Below are positions 21,323 to 32,124 of a stretch of DNA of 64,000 bases, in pieces. The stretch's first letter is position 1. Every line of letters starts with the position of its first letter. Source of the DNA: an uncultured virus (IMG/VR IMGVR_UViG_3300025011_000039) (lineage: Duplodnaviria; Heunggongvirae; Uroviricota; Caudoviricetes); the IMG/VR virus record IMGVR_UViG_3300025011_000039. One strand, given 5' to 3'. Both the position numbers and the translations under genes were made by a program. A model generated the notes under the pieces. The model saw only the letters and a list, made by a program, of their open reading frames with translations, did no database searches and was not told the DNA's origin.

Positions 21323-24300
21323 AACCGCCGAAGCGGTTATTCTTCTGTTAAATCAGTTATTTGCAAACATCTAAATTTCCATTTATGATTACATTCATCA
21401 CATTGACCATGAATCCCTGTTATGTTTCCTGATTCCTGGATTCCGTCATTTCTATCTATGTAACCATTAACCTGATTCCATACTATTCTAGTTTCTGCTA
21501 TTTCGGTTAAAATTAAATTTTTAGATTTACATTTCGGGCAACGTGCTTTTGATTCATGTATTTTTTCAGGATCCATGAAAACTCCTTTCTAAATGCCTAA
21601 CTCCATAAAAAGTTGAGCATCTTATTAGTCGTGTTCATCGTGTTGATGAATTTATAGAGTCGTGGCGGAGGTCAGAAAAGAAGTTGCCGCGATAGAAAAA
21701 GTTATTTAACCGCGATAAGTCCAACCGATAGAATACTTAATACCGTAACCGTCACTAAACTTCAATATAGCACCAGAGTAAAAATCAGTGTTGAACTTAT
21801 AAAGACCATAATCCATGTCGTTTAATTGTTCGATAGTAAATATTTTAGTTAATTCAACTTCTGACTGCTCTGCGGAAACAGGATTTATTTTATCAGTAGC
21901 AACATGTTTTCCGACAAAACCAACCCAAATAAGAAGCGTTATTATTAGTATTACTAATTTTATCTTCATTCTCTCACCCCTACAATTTACTTATCAACCG
22001 GTTAAGAAGTTTCCGTGGTGGAAGTTATTTAAACATAGACGATAACCTTAAAAATAACCTGCCTTTAAAACTCCTTCTATCAACCCAGTAACTTTTATAT
22101 CCATCACCGTTCAGTGCGCTACACCTATGGCAAGGTTCACTATGTATTGCATTGCTAAACCTAGTGCAATGATGGCATAAATCTTTATTACTCAACGATT
22201 AACCTCCCTTAGTGTACTACTGCATTCAATATAGACTTCTTCCAATCGTCCAGCACTAGAATTCCATTCCTTTTCATCCTCAGACAGTTCCGGTTCAACC
22301 TCAAACGCCCACCATTTACCGTTATCATCCATGGCAATATACTTCGCCCATTTTGGTATCGAATAGAATTGTATTTTCAACGGTTAACCTCCTAGTCTCT
22401 AGTGGTCAAACTGTCCTGACCACAAACGGGACACTTACTTTCCGATCCACCTTCACCGTCATACATAAAATACCCACCTTGCATATTTACCTTGAATACT
22501 GCACTTTTGCAGTCCATTAATCCGGTATTATAGGAACATTCATTACAACAAATATCTACCTTCGCTTTACCATTAGCCTCTATTTCTGCTTCGGTTATGT
22601 TGTTTATGGTTTTATTGCTCAACGGTTAACCTCCTTCAGTTATATTACACCAAGTTCATGGAGAATAATAAAAACATCAAGAATAAGGAAAATTGTAAGC
22701 GGCACATCGTTGAATAATGCAATAGCCAATTCTTTTAAGTTAGTTATGGTTACCACCCACCTTCAAGCACTTTTCCAGTAACCTACCCAACGCAACCGCA
22801 GTTTCATCATCCCACTGGCTAACCCACCGCAAAAAACTTTCATCGTTAGGTGTAGGCATAACCCCGCCACGCATTAGAATCTCCATAAGAACGTCGTAGC
22901 GGATAGTTGTAGGACTACAGATACTTTCACCATCAACAACTCTTTTCTTTCTATCAGGGTGTATTGCGGCACATACAGGGCAAACTATGTTGTTGTCAAG
23001 CGGTACAAAATATACTATGTCGCCAGCAACAAAGGGTTTTCCACACACCTGGCAGTTACGGATTGATGTTGTTTTCATTTTAGCAAGCACTTCCTTTCTC
23101 TGGCATGGGTAAAAGGGAAGCGCAATGCTTACATATATCATATGACTTTCCGTTAATTATTACAGTAATGTTTTTCATCTTCTGTTTGCACAACTGACAC
23201 CATATATTACTCATTACCCACTTCCTCCCCACATCTCTCACAATATCCCTCTGCCCTCTCCGAAGCGGTCAACTTTCTATCGCACCCAAGACAGTATTCC
23301 GGTTCGCATGTTTGTTTTGGTGTAGTCGAAGGGCATTATAGTAGTTCCTTTACTGCCTGCCAGAGAACGTCACAGAGTTCGTTGCATTTATTATCATTTA
23401 TTAGGTTTTCAGTAGAAATAAGCCTATCTTTACCGTAAAACTCAACGTCAATATAATTATTCCCCGAATCATAATTATGTGTAATTCTTGGTAGTCTATT
23501 ATATCTATCATATTCTTTTAATACCTCAATCATCTGCCCAATAGACAAGAGGATTAGACAATCTTTTATCATTATCTCAAAATAATTATCATTAGCATAC
23601 TCTGGTAGTAGTAGGCAAGGTTCCTTACTAACTTGACTTTCATTATCAATTCCCTCTATATTTCCGATATAGTACACACTATCTTCATCCGATAATTCAT
23701 CTTCCCATTTACCATACCCGTCACCGAACCTTGTTCCTGTAGGAATAAATATAGCATCGCCGTCCTGTGGTTTCCGCAACTCCCGAAGTTTCTGCTTCTG
23801 AACATCGGTAAGTCCCTCTAAGTCTGCCGGTTCAATACGTTGTTTCACTCTACTTCCTCCCCTCCGTCAATAATCCGTTTAATCTGCCTGAGTTGATCGA
23901 GAGTAAACTGCTTCTTGTTTCCGTACCTAAAAGCATTTTCTATTTCCAGGTGCAAGGAGTAAAACTCCTGCTCATCAAGGTAATCCTGTATTAATAGATA
24001 AACCTTAAAACTCCGATAATCGACACATACAAGGTTATCTATTTTTATTTTATACTCCCTAGAAGTTGGCCCCCTACTTGCATAAAAATAAACTCTGCCG
24101 ACTCTTACTATCTCGTATTCTTGCGGTTCCTTATTACTATACAGATCTTTAAGGTAAACCTTCTGACCTACTTCCATAATCAATCACCTTCTACCTCTAA
24201 TAATTCTTCCTTAATAGCGCACTCGTCGCAAATATCATCGTAATATTCTGAACCATCCATAAGACCACCGCACATACTGCAATATTCGTCGTGTGGTATC

Positions 24301-24533
24301 ATCACTTCCCATCCCTCCTGCCGCTAAAATATCTACCAATCACAAGTCCAGACACACAGACAACGGTGATTATGGTGATAAGGTAAATCCACTTCAATGG
24401 TTTTCCTCCTTCTTCTTAATTAATTTCCATAGAATAACACTAAAACTCATAACAATCATTCCTAGCCATAACCACCAGTAATGAATAAGTTTCTCCCCCT
24501 CGGTCATGTGAATCATGTCGTATATGAATTTAC

Positions 24534-24917
24534 TCAATTAGCTTCCTCCTTCTCCATCACAGCACATAACGCCGCCTTGCAAACTGCCTCCGGTACATTA
24601 TCAGCTAACGCCCAATATTTGCCGTTTAATCTTTTTACTACATCGGAAACATAAATAACATCATTGGTTACGGTAGCATACCAACCATCTTCCGAACAGA
24701 TAGCGCTTATCCGCATCCTAATCATTATCGGTAACGCTGACTTAATTTCGGTGCTATAGTTGGGCAGAGATTCTGCCCTATGCCTTATTCCGCTAGGACT
24801 AATATATATTTTAATTACATCGTCGTTAACATCTTCTTTCCAACCAAAAACATTAACGGCAATTAGAGCATCTAGCTCGCGCCCAGGTTTCATTGCTAGG
24901 ATTTCAGTTTTAGTCAA
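24534..24917 (-). CDS. phage ABA-sandwich (BC1872-like) protein
   Basis: GRELDALIA...FGW...PNYST.I..A....EAVCKAAL pattern. Confidence 0.7.
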   Translation of the reverse strand: MTKTEILAMKPGRELDALIAVNVFGWKEDVNDDVIKIYISPSGIRHRAESLPNYSTEIKSALPIMIRMRISAICSEDGWYATVTNDVIYVSDVVKRLNGKYWALADNVPEAVCKAALCAVMEKEEAN

Positions 24918-25625
24918 TTGGTTTCCTCCTTCTTAATACAACCAAGCATCACAAAAATGGTAAATAGCATGCTTATCTAATATCTCCCAATGCCAATTTA
25001 TCTTTGCTTCAACCATAGACCTGAAATTATCCCAAAAATGTTCGCGTCTACTCTCCGAAGCAAGTAGCCAACCAGTAGGACTTCCGATACACCCAACATA
25101 ACAAACTAATTCATCCAAGAGTTAGTTTTCCTCCCCTAGTTCAATAATTGGACAATCTTTATGCCTTCCAGACTCAGGACAATACTCAGCTATCGCATTG
25201 CAAAAGAGTAGGGGAATTTTCTTGCCGTGATCCGAATTATCAACACAACTAACAATACAATCAGTGCAACATTCAGGCATATCAAAAGTTAATTGTGCAT
25301 TGTCGCTATACCTATCATCCTTGTAACTACTGAGAAGTTTATAGTCAGTTACCACGACAACATATAGACCTTTTTTCTCAGCAATAAATTTGTCTATTTC
25401 CTCTATATCATCATAAGAAGAAATTTTTTGATTTCTAGTAACACATATTCTTCCTATTCCGTCTTTGTAATTATAGATAACCATATATTTATATACTCTC
25501 ATTATCTCACTCCATTTCACGCCGTCGAATTTGCGAAGCAAAACGACTATGTTATTTACTAAATCTTAATTATAATAAATAAAGTCAATTGTTAGATTAA
25601 CATCAACTCTTAAATAGTGGTTCAC

Positions 25626-25690
25626 ACAGAACCTTTGATATAGGTTCCTAAAGAACCTTTGATATCAAAAGTCCTCACAGAACCTTTGAC
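25626..25690. repeat. three direct repeats AGAACCTTTGA (iteron-like) next to an AT-rich tract
   Basis: cacagaacctttgata / aagaacctttgata / cacagaacctttgac directly downstream of the HTH gene. Confidence 0.7.
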
Positions 25691-26014
25691 CTATTCTTTA
25701 ATGCGAAAAGCGGTTATTTTCTTCTTAGATAACTTACCTGTTTCAGTATCCTTCCAGTGCATTTGCCACATTTGAACGATTGGTCTAAGTTCTTCTTTTG
25801 CTCTCTTAATAGATGAAATACTTAATCCTGTGTCATTTGCTAAGTCCTCATTTGAGCGAAAAAAATAGTTTTCCTTCCTTCCAGTAAACTTATGCTCTAA
25901 TTCATTAAGAACAACATATAGCCATTTCGCGTTAAGTGACAACCCCTTAAACCTATCATCATTAAAGAGTTCGCGCGACAACTGAATATAGTTACCTTCT
26001 TTGTATTTAGACAT
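25691..26014 (-). CDS. small winged-HTH protein resembling a Rep/initiator N-terminal domain
   Basis: LSLNAKWLYVVL...FFRSNEDLANDTGLSISSIKRAKEEL. Confidence 0.75.
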   Translation of the reverse strand: MSKYKEGNYIQLSRELFNDDRFKGLSLNAKWLYVVLNELEHKFTGRKENYFFRSNEDLANDTGLSISSIKRAKEELRPIVQMWQMHWKDTETGKLSKKKITAFRIKE

Positions 26015-26166
26015 TATTTTTTAGCATCAAAGTATTGTTTCATTATCCGCACAGCAACGGCAGTCTTACTTTCTCCCTTCTTTTCCGACTCCGTAATAAT
26101 CTTATCGTGCAACTCAGGAGATATTCTAATCTGAAAAGTAACTGTTGCATTAGCTTTTTTAGCCAA
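26014..26166 (-). CDS. Arc/CopG-like ribbon-helix-helix protein (50 aa, absent from the ORF track)
   Basis: TTG start after GAGGTG; TFQIRISPELHDKIITESEKKGESKTAVAVRIMKQYF; stop overlaps the ATG of the HTH gene. Confidence 0.7.
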   Translation of the reverse strand: MAKKANATVTFQIRISPELHDKIITESEKKGESKTAVAVRIMKQYFDAKK

Positions 26167-26490
26167 AATAATTCACCTCACCTTACATATATTATATATT
26201 AATTTATTTATTAATGCAATACATTTCTACCGTATCCAGCACAAATTTACCGAAAAAAATAACCCTTTCGGGTTAACGACCTAACATTCTATCCATATTA
26301 GCGGCAACACGTTTATCCCGTATCTTCTCCCAGGCATCGCCGTACAACGACTCCATGCGCTTATTGAATATCTTTTCCTTTCGCACCTGTTTCTTGTAAT
26401 ATTTCTCATGGTCAGGAGTATTGTCCGGCGGGCCCAAATGATAAAGAGTTCCCAGAATATAACCAATGCCCCGACCTGCTCCCGCTAAAC

Positions 26491-27120
26491 TCATTTAATC
26501 ACGTCCTTTACTTCACTTAGTAGACACACACGAACCACAACTTTACTAACCTTAACCAACTTCTCAATCCTTGCTTTGTCTTTGAGATTATCAACAACTA
26601 CAACAACTCTTGCAAACTTACCCGGCATCGGCCAACCTTCGGTATCCCATTTACGACTAAGAGCATATTGATCGTATTGCTGAATCTTAACCGACATATC
26701 GGAATGATTAATCGCCCTCTGATATTCAACAAAATACGGCCTATTTTCGACCACTATAAACGCATCAGCTACGCCAATACTAAAGTCAAAATCACTCTTA
26801 AATATGGTGCTAATATGCCGCAAATTAAGGTATATCTGATTGACTCCCAATCTATGTTCAACGTGCTTCGGCTGCTTTCCCATCCAATAAATATAATCGT
26901 TAGTAGACATACACCTGCCACGGTAAATCAGCTTTGCATCAAAGAGTTTTTTTAGCTCCGTTCTGCATTTGTGCTGACCATAATTGGAATCATCGAACAC
27001 TAACTGATTAATCTGCCAACGAGAAAGAACACCAAAATCTTTAAGAAAGTTAATAATATCAAAACGTCTTTGAGTGGAACGAATCGGAAAACTAACAAAC
27101 GCCAAATTTTCAACGGACAT
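26491..27120 (-). CDS. replication-relaxation family protein (wHTH + PD-(D/E)xK)
   Basis: wHTH N-terminus, EHRLGVN, VADAF...YFVEYQR...KIQQY; lies downstream of the FtsK-like gene. Confidence 0.75.
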   Translation of the reverse strand: MSVENLAFVSFPIRSTQRRFDIINFLKDFGVLSRWQINQLVFDDSNYGQHKCRTELKKLFDAKLIYRGRCMSTNDYIYWMGKQPKHVEHRLGVNQIYLNLRHISTIFKSDFDFSIGVADAFIVVENRPYFVEYQRAINHSDMSVKIQQYDQYALSRKWDTEGWPMPGKFARVVVVVDNLKDKARIEKLVKVSKVVVRVCLLSEVKDVIK

Positions 27121-27402
27121 AAAGGTTAACACCTCACATTTAAAACAAGTGGTTTATGATACGCTGATTAATAAAAGTATCGGTATATCTACCAGCCTAA
27201 AACCTCTCAGTAGTCTCATTGATACTTATTTCCCAAGCAGGATAATCACCGCTAACATTCCCCTCTTTAAGTTTCCTGGAAATATATTCAAGTTCATCCG
27301 CCAATAAGGAGCAACCGTCTTGCTTAGCAGAATCATAACTTGTTCCTTCGATTAAGGTTGGTTCAAGACTGAATTTAAATTCAAAAAACATTATAAATCA
27401 CC

Positions 27403-28638
27403 TCACCAACTTAAAACCTTATCTTCCTCGGTAGCCAAAACAGTAACAACCTTATCGGACGGGTATACCTCTTTAATCATCTTCTTAACCATGCCGGGGT
27501 GCAAATCCATAACTTGAACCTTTCGCATACGCTCTTTGGCCTGGAATATACACCTACCGGGACATTCAAGATATGCGGCCTGGTTACGTTCTTCGCCTAA
27601 TACCATCCTGGAATACCGGCGCGAGCTCACCTTAAAAGCTATCGTTGCCGGGATTAAACTTCTAACTTCGCCGGATACCACCTTACATGAAGGGTGCTGA
27701 GTGCAAATAATAGTGTGGATCCCGGCAAACCGACCCTGCTGCACAAGTGTTAATGCTAACTTTTTAGCGTCCTCGTCAAGACTCATCCATTCGTCAATAA
27801 CAATAACGGCATGAGACATTTTATCCTTACTTGCCTTATTGTAGTCGGCAATAGAGGACACGTTGGCCTTACTGATCAACTTAGCCCGATAATCCAATTC
27901 GGCAAATGCAGCGGTAAGAACTCTCTTAGCGCCGGCCAAATTGCAGGCAAAATCTTTAACGTGCGGAGCCAATTGGAACCCCGACAATTCAACGCCGCCC
28001 TGCTTCATATCAACCAGGTACAGAATAACTTCATTTAAAGCATAGTTAATGACAAGAGACATTAACGCCTGCCGGATAAACGATGATTTGCCGCCCCCGG
28101 GCATCCCAGCAACTAACACGGAAAAACATTCATCGTCAGATAGATTGAGCATAACCAAACCCTCCCTGCCAATGCCCACAGGCACGGCACAAGGGTATTT
28201 CTTTGCTCTACTAGCTAAACTACCTACATACTTAAAACGCCTCGGTATGCCCCTTGTAAACACTCTCAGGTGTATATACCCCTTACTGTCCTGCGTAATC
28301 TGCACCTCGGCATTTAAGGCAGACTCTAACTGCGCATGGTATTTAAAAAAGTCACCTATCCATATGCCAGGGTAAGGTTTAACAATCATATGAATTCCGT
28401 AATCCGTCTTAATCTGCTTCATAATTACCGGTTGATTGATTTTCCCGGTTTCTCCGTCTTTTCGTACCATGCCAACATTTCTGAATAACTCCTTGGCCTT
28501 ATCTCGCTTATTATCACCGTACTTATCTGCAAAATATTTCACCACATCGGTGATACAGCGGGCCCCAGCATCCACGCCCATCCAAATACCTTTACCTAAT
28601 CCGTCAAACGCATTGGCCGAACCGTAACCGTTACTCAT
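27403..28638 (-). CDS. FtsK/SpoIIIE-domain ATPase
   Basis: VLVAGMPGGGKS, LVDMKQGGVEL, IVIDE, GRFAGIHTIICTQHP and PGRCIF motifs. Confidence 0.9.
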   Translation of the reverse strand: MSNGYGSANAFDGLGKGIWMGVDAGARCITDVVKYFADKYGDNKRDKAKELFRNVGMVRKDGETGKINQPVIMKQIKTDYGIHMIVKPYPGIWIGDFFKYHAQLESALNAEVQITQDSKGYIHLRVFTRGIPRRFKYVGSLASRAKKYPCAVPVGIGREGLVMLNLSDDECFSVLVAGMPGGGKSSFIRQALMSLVINYALNEVILYLVDMKQGGVELSGFQLAPHVKDFACNLAGAKRVLTAAFAELDYRAKLISKANVSSIADYNKASKDKMSHAVIVIDEWMSLDEDAKKLALTLVQQGRFAGIHTIICTQHPSCKVVSGEVRSLIPATIAFKVSSRRYSRMVLGEERNQAAYLECPGRCIFQAKERMRKVQVMDLHPGMVKKMIKEVYPSDKVVTVLATEEDKVLSW

Positions 28639-29103
28639 TTCCCCACGACTCCTTACTGTCCGGGATATTGTCTGTCTCAGTCCACACCGACTTAATTTTC
28701 TCCCGTTTCATATAAAGTATTTCGATTAAACTATAAACGCTGATAGTTAGTAATGTTGTGCCGATTGTCACTAAAGCCATGCTTCCTTCCACTCCTTTGA
28801 ATATTTTACTTCTTTCCATCCTACAAGCACATCTCCCTTTACACCCTTGGCCTTAAGGATATACTGCTTATCCTTTCGCCAATCTAAGGACATGCTGTAA
28901 AGTTCTCTTTCGGGATAGATAGAATCCAAGGTATCAAACATTGCTTTGTTATCAAGGGATTTAGCATGAGAATGTGCCATAAGCATATCGAACAACTGAC
29001 CACCCCACTTTGTTATAAGTTATGCAGGGGGAATTTGTCCATATTGCAGGTAATTTTAGGGAAAATAGTTGAAATGTATTCTGAAGGGTGGTATAATGTT
29101 CTA

Positions 29104-29359
29104 ACAGATCCCGCCACGCTTCCTTCACTAAAAGCGTACCAGGGTGGGACGGCAAACGACAACAATGGTCAGACATAACAAGTTACTGGTGGCTAAAAGT
29201 GGTTAATAACCGCCCGCGGGACAAAACCCCTCTGCGACATACGGCATGGGAGCTAACCCGACCACTACCAGGCATAAATTTAGGCATAATCGTTACTTCT
29301 GCGCGTGAGGAACGACTGCCGGGCAAACTCTCCTATTAATTTAGGGGAGTTTTGTTTTG
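29104..29359 (+). ncRNA. candidate structured non-coding RNA (about 255 nt)
   Basis: TTGAAA-17-TATAAT promoter (29069-29097), several stems, terminator at 29324-29359, no ORF with an RBS. Confidence 0.5.
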
Positions 29360-29547
29360 TGTGTTTCTTAGTTATTGACGTTAAGAAACGATAACCGCTT
29401 AAAGTTTCTCAAAAAAAATAGGCCGACCGTGGAAGGCGACCTTTGATAGATATACTTGGGATTATTTTATGCCAATAAGATAATCCGGTAAAATGTACTA
29501 TTATTATTCTATGTCGGACATTGTTTCTCCTGCAAACGGTATGAATA

Positions 29548-29588
29548 TACCGTAAACGGTTGAATTTTTATTTACCGAGTGGTATAAT
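29548..29588 (+). promoter_or_regulatory. sigmaA-type promoter with TACCGTAAACGGTT operator overlapping the -35
   Basis: TTGAAT-17-TATAAT; near-duplicate of 30182-30222. Confidence 0.7.
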
Positions 29589-29624
29589 TGAATGACTAAT
29601 AGAGGACTATGGAGGGATAAAATA

Positions 29625-30110
29625 ATGGATACCAAAGATTTGATTGAAAAGTTATCCGAGAAAGTACATGATGCTTGGATGATGGAGAAAGCAGCACAGG
29701 GTTTTCATGCACCTTCATATCATAGGGACGGTTGTTCGTCTTGTACCAAATGCCACACCGACATGATTCCTTACGCTGATTTAGCTGAAAACATAAAGGA
29801 CTATGACCGCGTAACCGTTAATACTGTCTTGCAGGCATTGGATGATTTAAGTATTGAGACAAGGGACGGTACCCAAAAGACAGGACTTAACTTCGGGCAG
29901 GCGTGGAAGGCACTCGAAAAAGGTTTATCAATTGCCCGTGTCGGCTGGAATGGGAAAAATATGCACATTAATATACTCAATCTATATACTGCCGATAATG
30001 TTCCAATTGACAATAAATGCCTTGTGCTGTATAACGTACACGGCAAATACAATACATGGATTCCAAGTATAACCGATCTTCTTGCTGATGATTGGGAAAT
30101 AGTTAACTAA
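29625..30110 (+). CDS. RyR-domain / DUF2829 (Tad2-like) fusion protein
   Basis: N-terminal LSEKVHDAWM.EK..QGF...MIPYADLAE..KDYDR (RyR repeat); C-terminal FGQA...G..IARVGWNGKNM...WIPSITDLLADDWEIV (DUF2829). Confidence 0.8.
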   Translation: MDTKDLIEKLSEKVHDAWMMEKAAQGFHAPSYHRDGCSSCTKCHTDMIPYADLAENIKDYDRVTVNTVLQALDDLSIETRDGTQKTGLNFGQAWKALEKGLSIARVGWNGKNMHINILNLYTADNVPIDNKCLVLYNVHGKYNTWIPSITDLLADDWEIVN

Positions 30111-30181
30111 CTTAAACACACAAAACTCTCTCTAACCGAGGGAGTTTTTTATTTGCCCATAAACTTTATACAGCACACTTC

Positions 30182-30222
30182 TACCGTAAACGGTTGCAAC
30201 ATAACTAACCGAGTGATATAAT
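30182..30222 (+). promoter_or_regulatory. sigmaA-type promoter with TACCGTAAACGGTT operator
   Basis: TTGCAA-17-TATAAT with extended -10. Confidence 0.7.
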
Positions 30223-30228
30223 AATCTC

Positions 30229-30399
30229 ATTGAACCGCTACGCCTCTGTCTCGCGTGACAAGCGCACATGGCGGTCACTCCGACAAATATAATATAAAGG
30301 TAGGTGAATTCCTCCGTGTAGCGAGTAATTGTTGTTGAATCTAGTAGTGTAATCCATAAGGTTAAGTTTTTGTACGGACGCTGCGGCGTTCCTTTTTTT
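30229..30399 (+). ncRNA. candidate small RNA (possibly skipping-rope-like motif)
   Basis: Promoter, 5' hairpin ACCGCTACGCCTCT...GCGCACATGGCGGT, terminator GGACGCTGCGGCGTTCC-T7; no ORF. Confidence 0.5.
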
Positions 30400-30519
30400 G
30401 CGTAAAAGCCCTACTGAGTACAGAATAAATTTACAGTATTGAGTTGAAAATAATACTTTGCGGTGATATAATTATCTACATAGGTAAAGGGCAGAGCAAA
30501 GAAAAGCGAGGTAATAAAG

Positions 30520-30978
30520 TTGAGTAAAGAAACAGTAAAAGGAACTATTGATGCTGAGTGGTTGGCAGTTGAGGTAACAAGTTCTATCTATAATAAGGGG
30601 AAAGCGCATATTTTTAACGTGCTTGAGAGCATTTATGCTGATGCAGGAGATCCGCGACTTCGGGCAAATAAGAAGTTAGTTGAGAGTATCTTAAATGGCA
30701 TTTGTAATACCGTTACCGATCTTGTTGTTGATGTTCTTGGGGAATGGAAACAAGAGGTAGAAATGGGCGGAGAGGTTTCTCCCGAAGATGCTGCTGAGAC
30801 TAAGAGGGATTATGACGAAGCAAGAAAGGTTCTTAGCTTACCTCATACCATGGATACTGACGAAGTTGCCGCAGATGTTTCAGTTAAGATTGGAATAGAT
30901 GTTGATACTGTTAGTAGCGTTCTTAAGGCAGAAACAGAATGGATGATCGAAAAAGGTTTAGCCGAGAAACTAGACTAA
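30520..30978 (+). CDS. hypothetical protein
   Basis: 152-aa acidic ORF with GAGGT RBS and an upstream promoter. Confidence 0.7.
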   Translation: MSKETVKGTIDAEWLAVEVTSSIYNKGKAHIFNVLESIYADAGDPRLRANKKLVESILNGICNTVTDLVVDVLGEWKQEVEMGGEVSPEDAAETKRDYDEARKVLSLPHTMDTDEVAADVSVKIGIDVDTVSSVLKAETEWMIEKGLAEKLD

Positions 30979-31014
30979 TTAAACCGGCCTGCCCTTGCCG
31001 GATAATAAGCATAT

Positions 31015-31090
31015 TGTGGAGTAACTCAGTTGGTAGAGTGGTTGACTGTTAATCAACTTGTCGTAGGTTCGAGACCTACCTTCACAGCCA
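31015..31090 (+). tRNA. tRNA-Asn (GTT)
   Basis: 76-nt cloverleaf: acceptor TGTGGAG/CTTCACA, anticodon arm GTTGA-CTGTTAA-TCAAC, GTTCGA T-loop, encoded CCA. Confidence 0.95.
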
Positions 31091-31210
31091 AAACACAAGA
31101 TACTCTCTTTAGTTTACATTAAGGAGAGTATTTTTTTGCGCAAAAATAAAAACCCGGCAACCTGTAAGAATTGCTTACAAGTTCACCGGGTAATAAGAAA
31201 ATTATTCGCG

Positions 31211-31435
31211 TTATTGTAGTTTAACCGCTTTGTCGGTATCTTTATTCGTTTCCGCACCGACTAAGTTGCTGTAGAATCTACCGCCAGTCGCTAATCCTAT
31301 GCTTGTACCGAAGATGAATATTAGTTCTTTTATGTTGTCTAGTGGTTTGCCGATTAGACACGTATATAGATATGTAGTCAGGCAAATAGCCATGCACCCA
31401 GCAAAAAACCAGTCCATCTTAGTAAATTCTTTCAT
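31211..31435 (-). CDS. putative holin
   Basis: 74 aa with two hydrophobic segments, directly after the endolysin. Confidence 0.6.
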   Translation of the reverse strand: MKEFTKMDWFFAGCMAICLTTYLYTCLIGKPLDNIKELIFIFGTSIGLATGGRFYSNLVGAETNKDTDKAVKLQ

Positions 31436-32109
31436 TTTATCATCCCCTTATCCAACATTTTGCATATAATAGCGGCCATTTGCTCACGGGTTAATGCCGC
31501 CTCCGGATTAAAGTATCCATCTCCGCCGCCTACCATCAAGCCAAGTTCCTTGACTCTAGCGATATGTCCAGCACTCCACCTATCCCCGGCAACGTCAGGG
31601 AATGGACCAGGAACAGTCCGTAAGTCAGTAAATAACCTATCCCATGGAAACGCCTGACCCGGACAATTGGGACGGTTAACGCTGTCAATGCGGTAATGTC
31701 CGATGATGTGATCCTTATCTATGGGAATACCATGCTTAGCGATTAACTGCTTATGTAGTCGGAGAGTTGCTTGATATTGTTCCTCGGTCAAATTTCCATC
31801 ACCACCGGCACCAGTATATCCTTCATGCTCAATACCGATAGTATAGTTGTTGGGATTGGTACCGTCGTATACTGGCCAATTAGGTTTATTTACTGCCCCG
31901 GCGTGCCATGCTTTGTTTTCATCAGCAACTAACTGATATATTTCTCCGGCACGGGTAATAACATAATGTGCGCTTGCTTGAGACTGAGGATTGCATAGCC
32001 AGTCACGACACCCGGGAAACGCCCCCGAAGTGATATGATCGACAATGGCAATAATCTTGCTGCCCTGTCTGCTGCTAAAATTCTTACTCAGTTTTTGTTT
32101 TATTTCCAT
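31432..32109 (-). CDS. endolysin: N-acetylmuramoyl-L-alanine amidase (Amidase_2) with C-terminal SLH domain
   Basis: IVDHIT, SAHYVI, AWHAG, IGIEHEG, IIGH...CPG; FPDV..RWSA...GLMVG...FNPEAALTREQMA. Confidence 0.93.
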   Translation of the reverse strand: MEIKQKLSKNFSSRQGSKIIAIVDHITSGAFPGCRDWLCNPQSQASAHYVITRAGEIYQLVADENKAWHAGAVNKPNWPVYDGTNPNNYTIGIEHEGYTGAGGDGNLTEEQYQATLRLHKQLIAKHGIPIDKDHIIGHYRIDSVNRPNCPGQAFPWDRLFTDLRTVPGPFPDVAGDRWSAGHIARVKELGLMVGGGDGYFNPEAALTREQMAAIICKMLDKGMIK

Positions 32110-32124
32110 AGCGGGTTATCCTCC

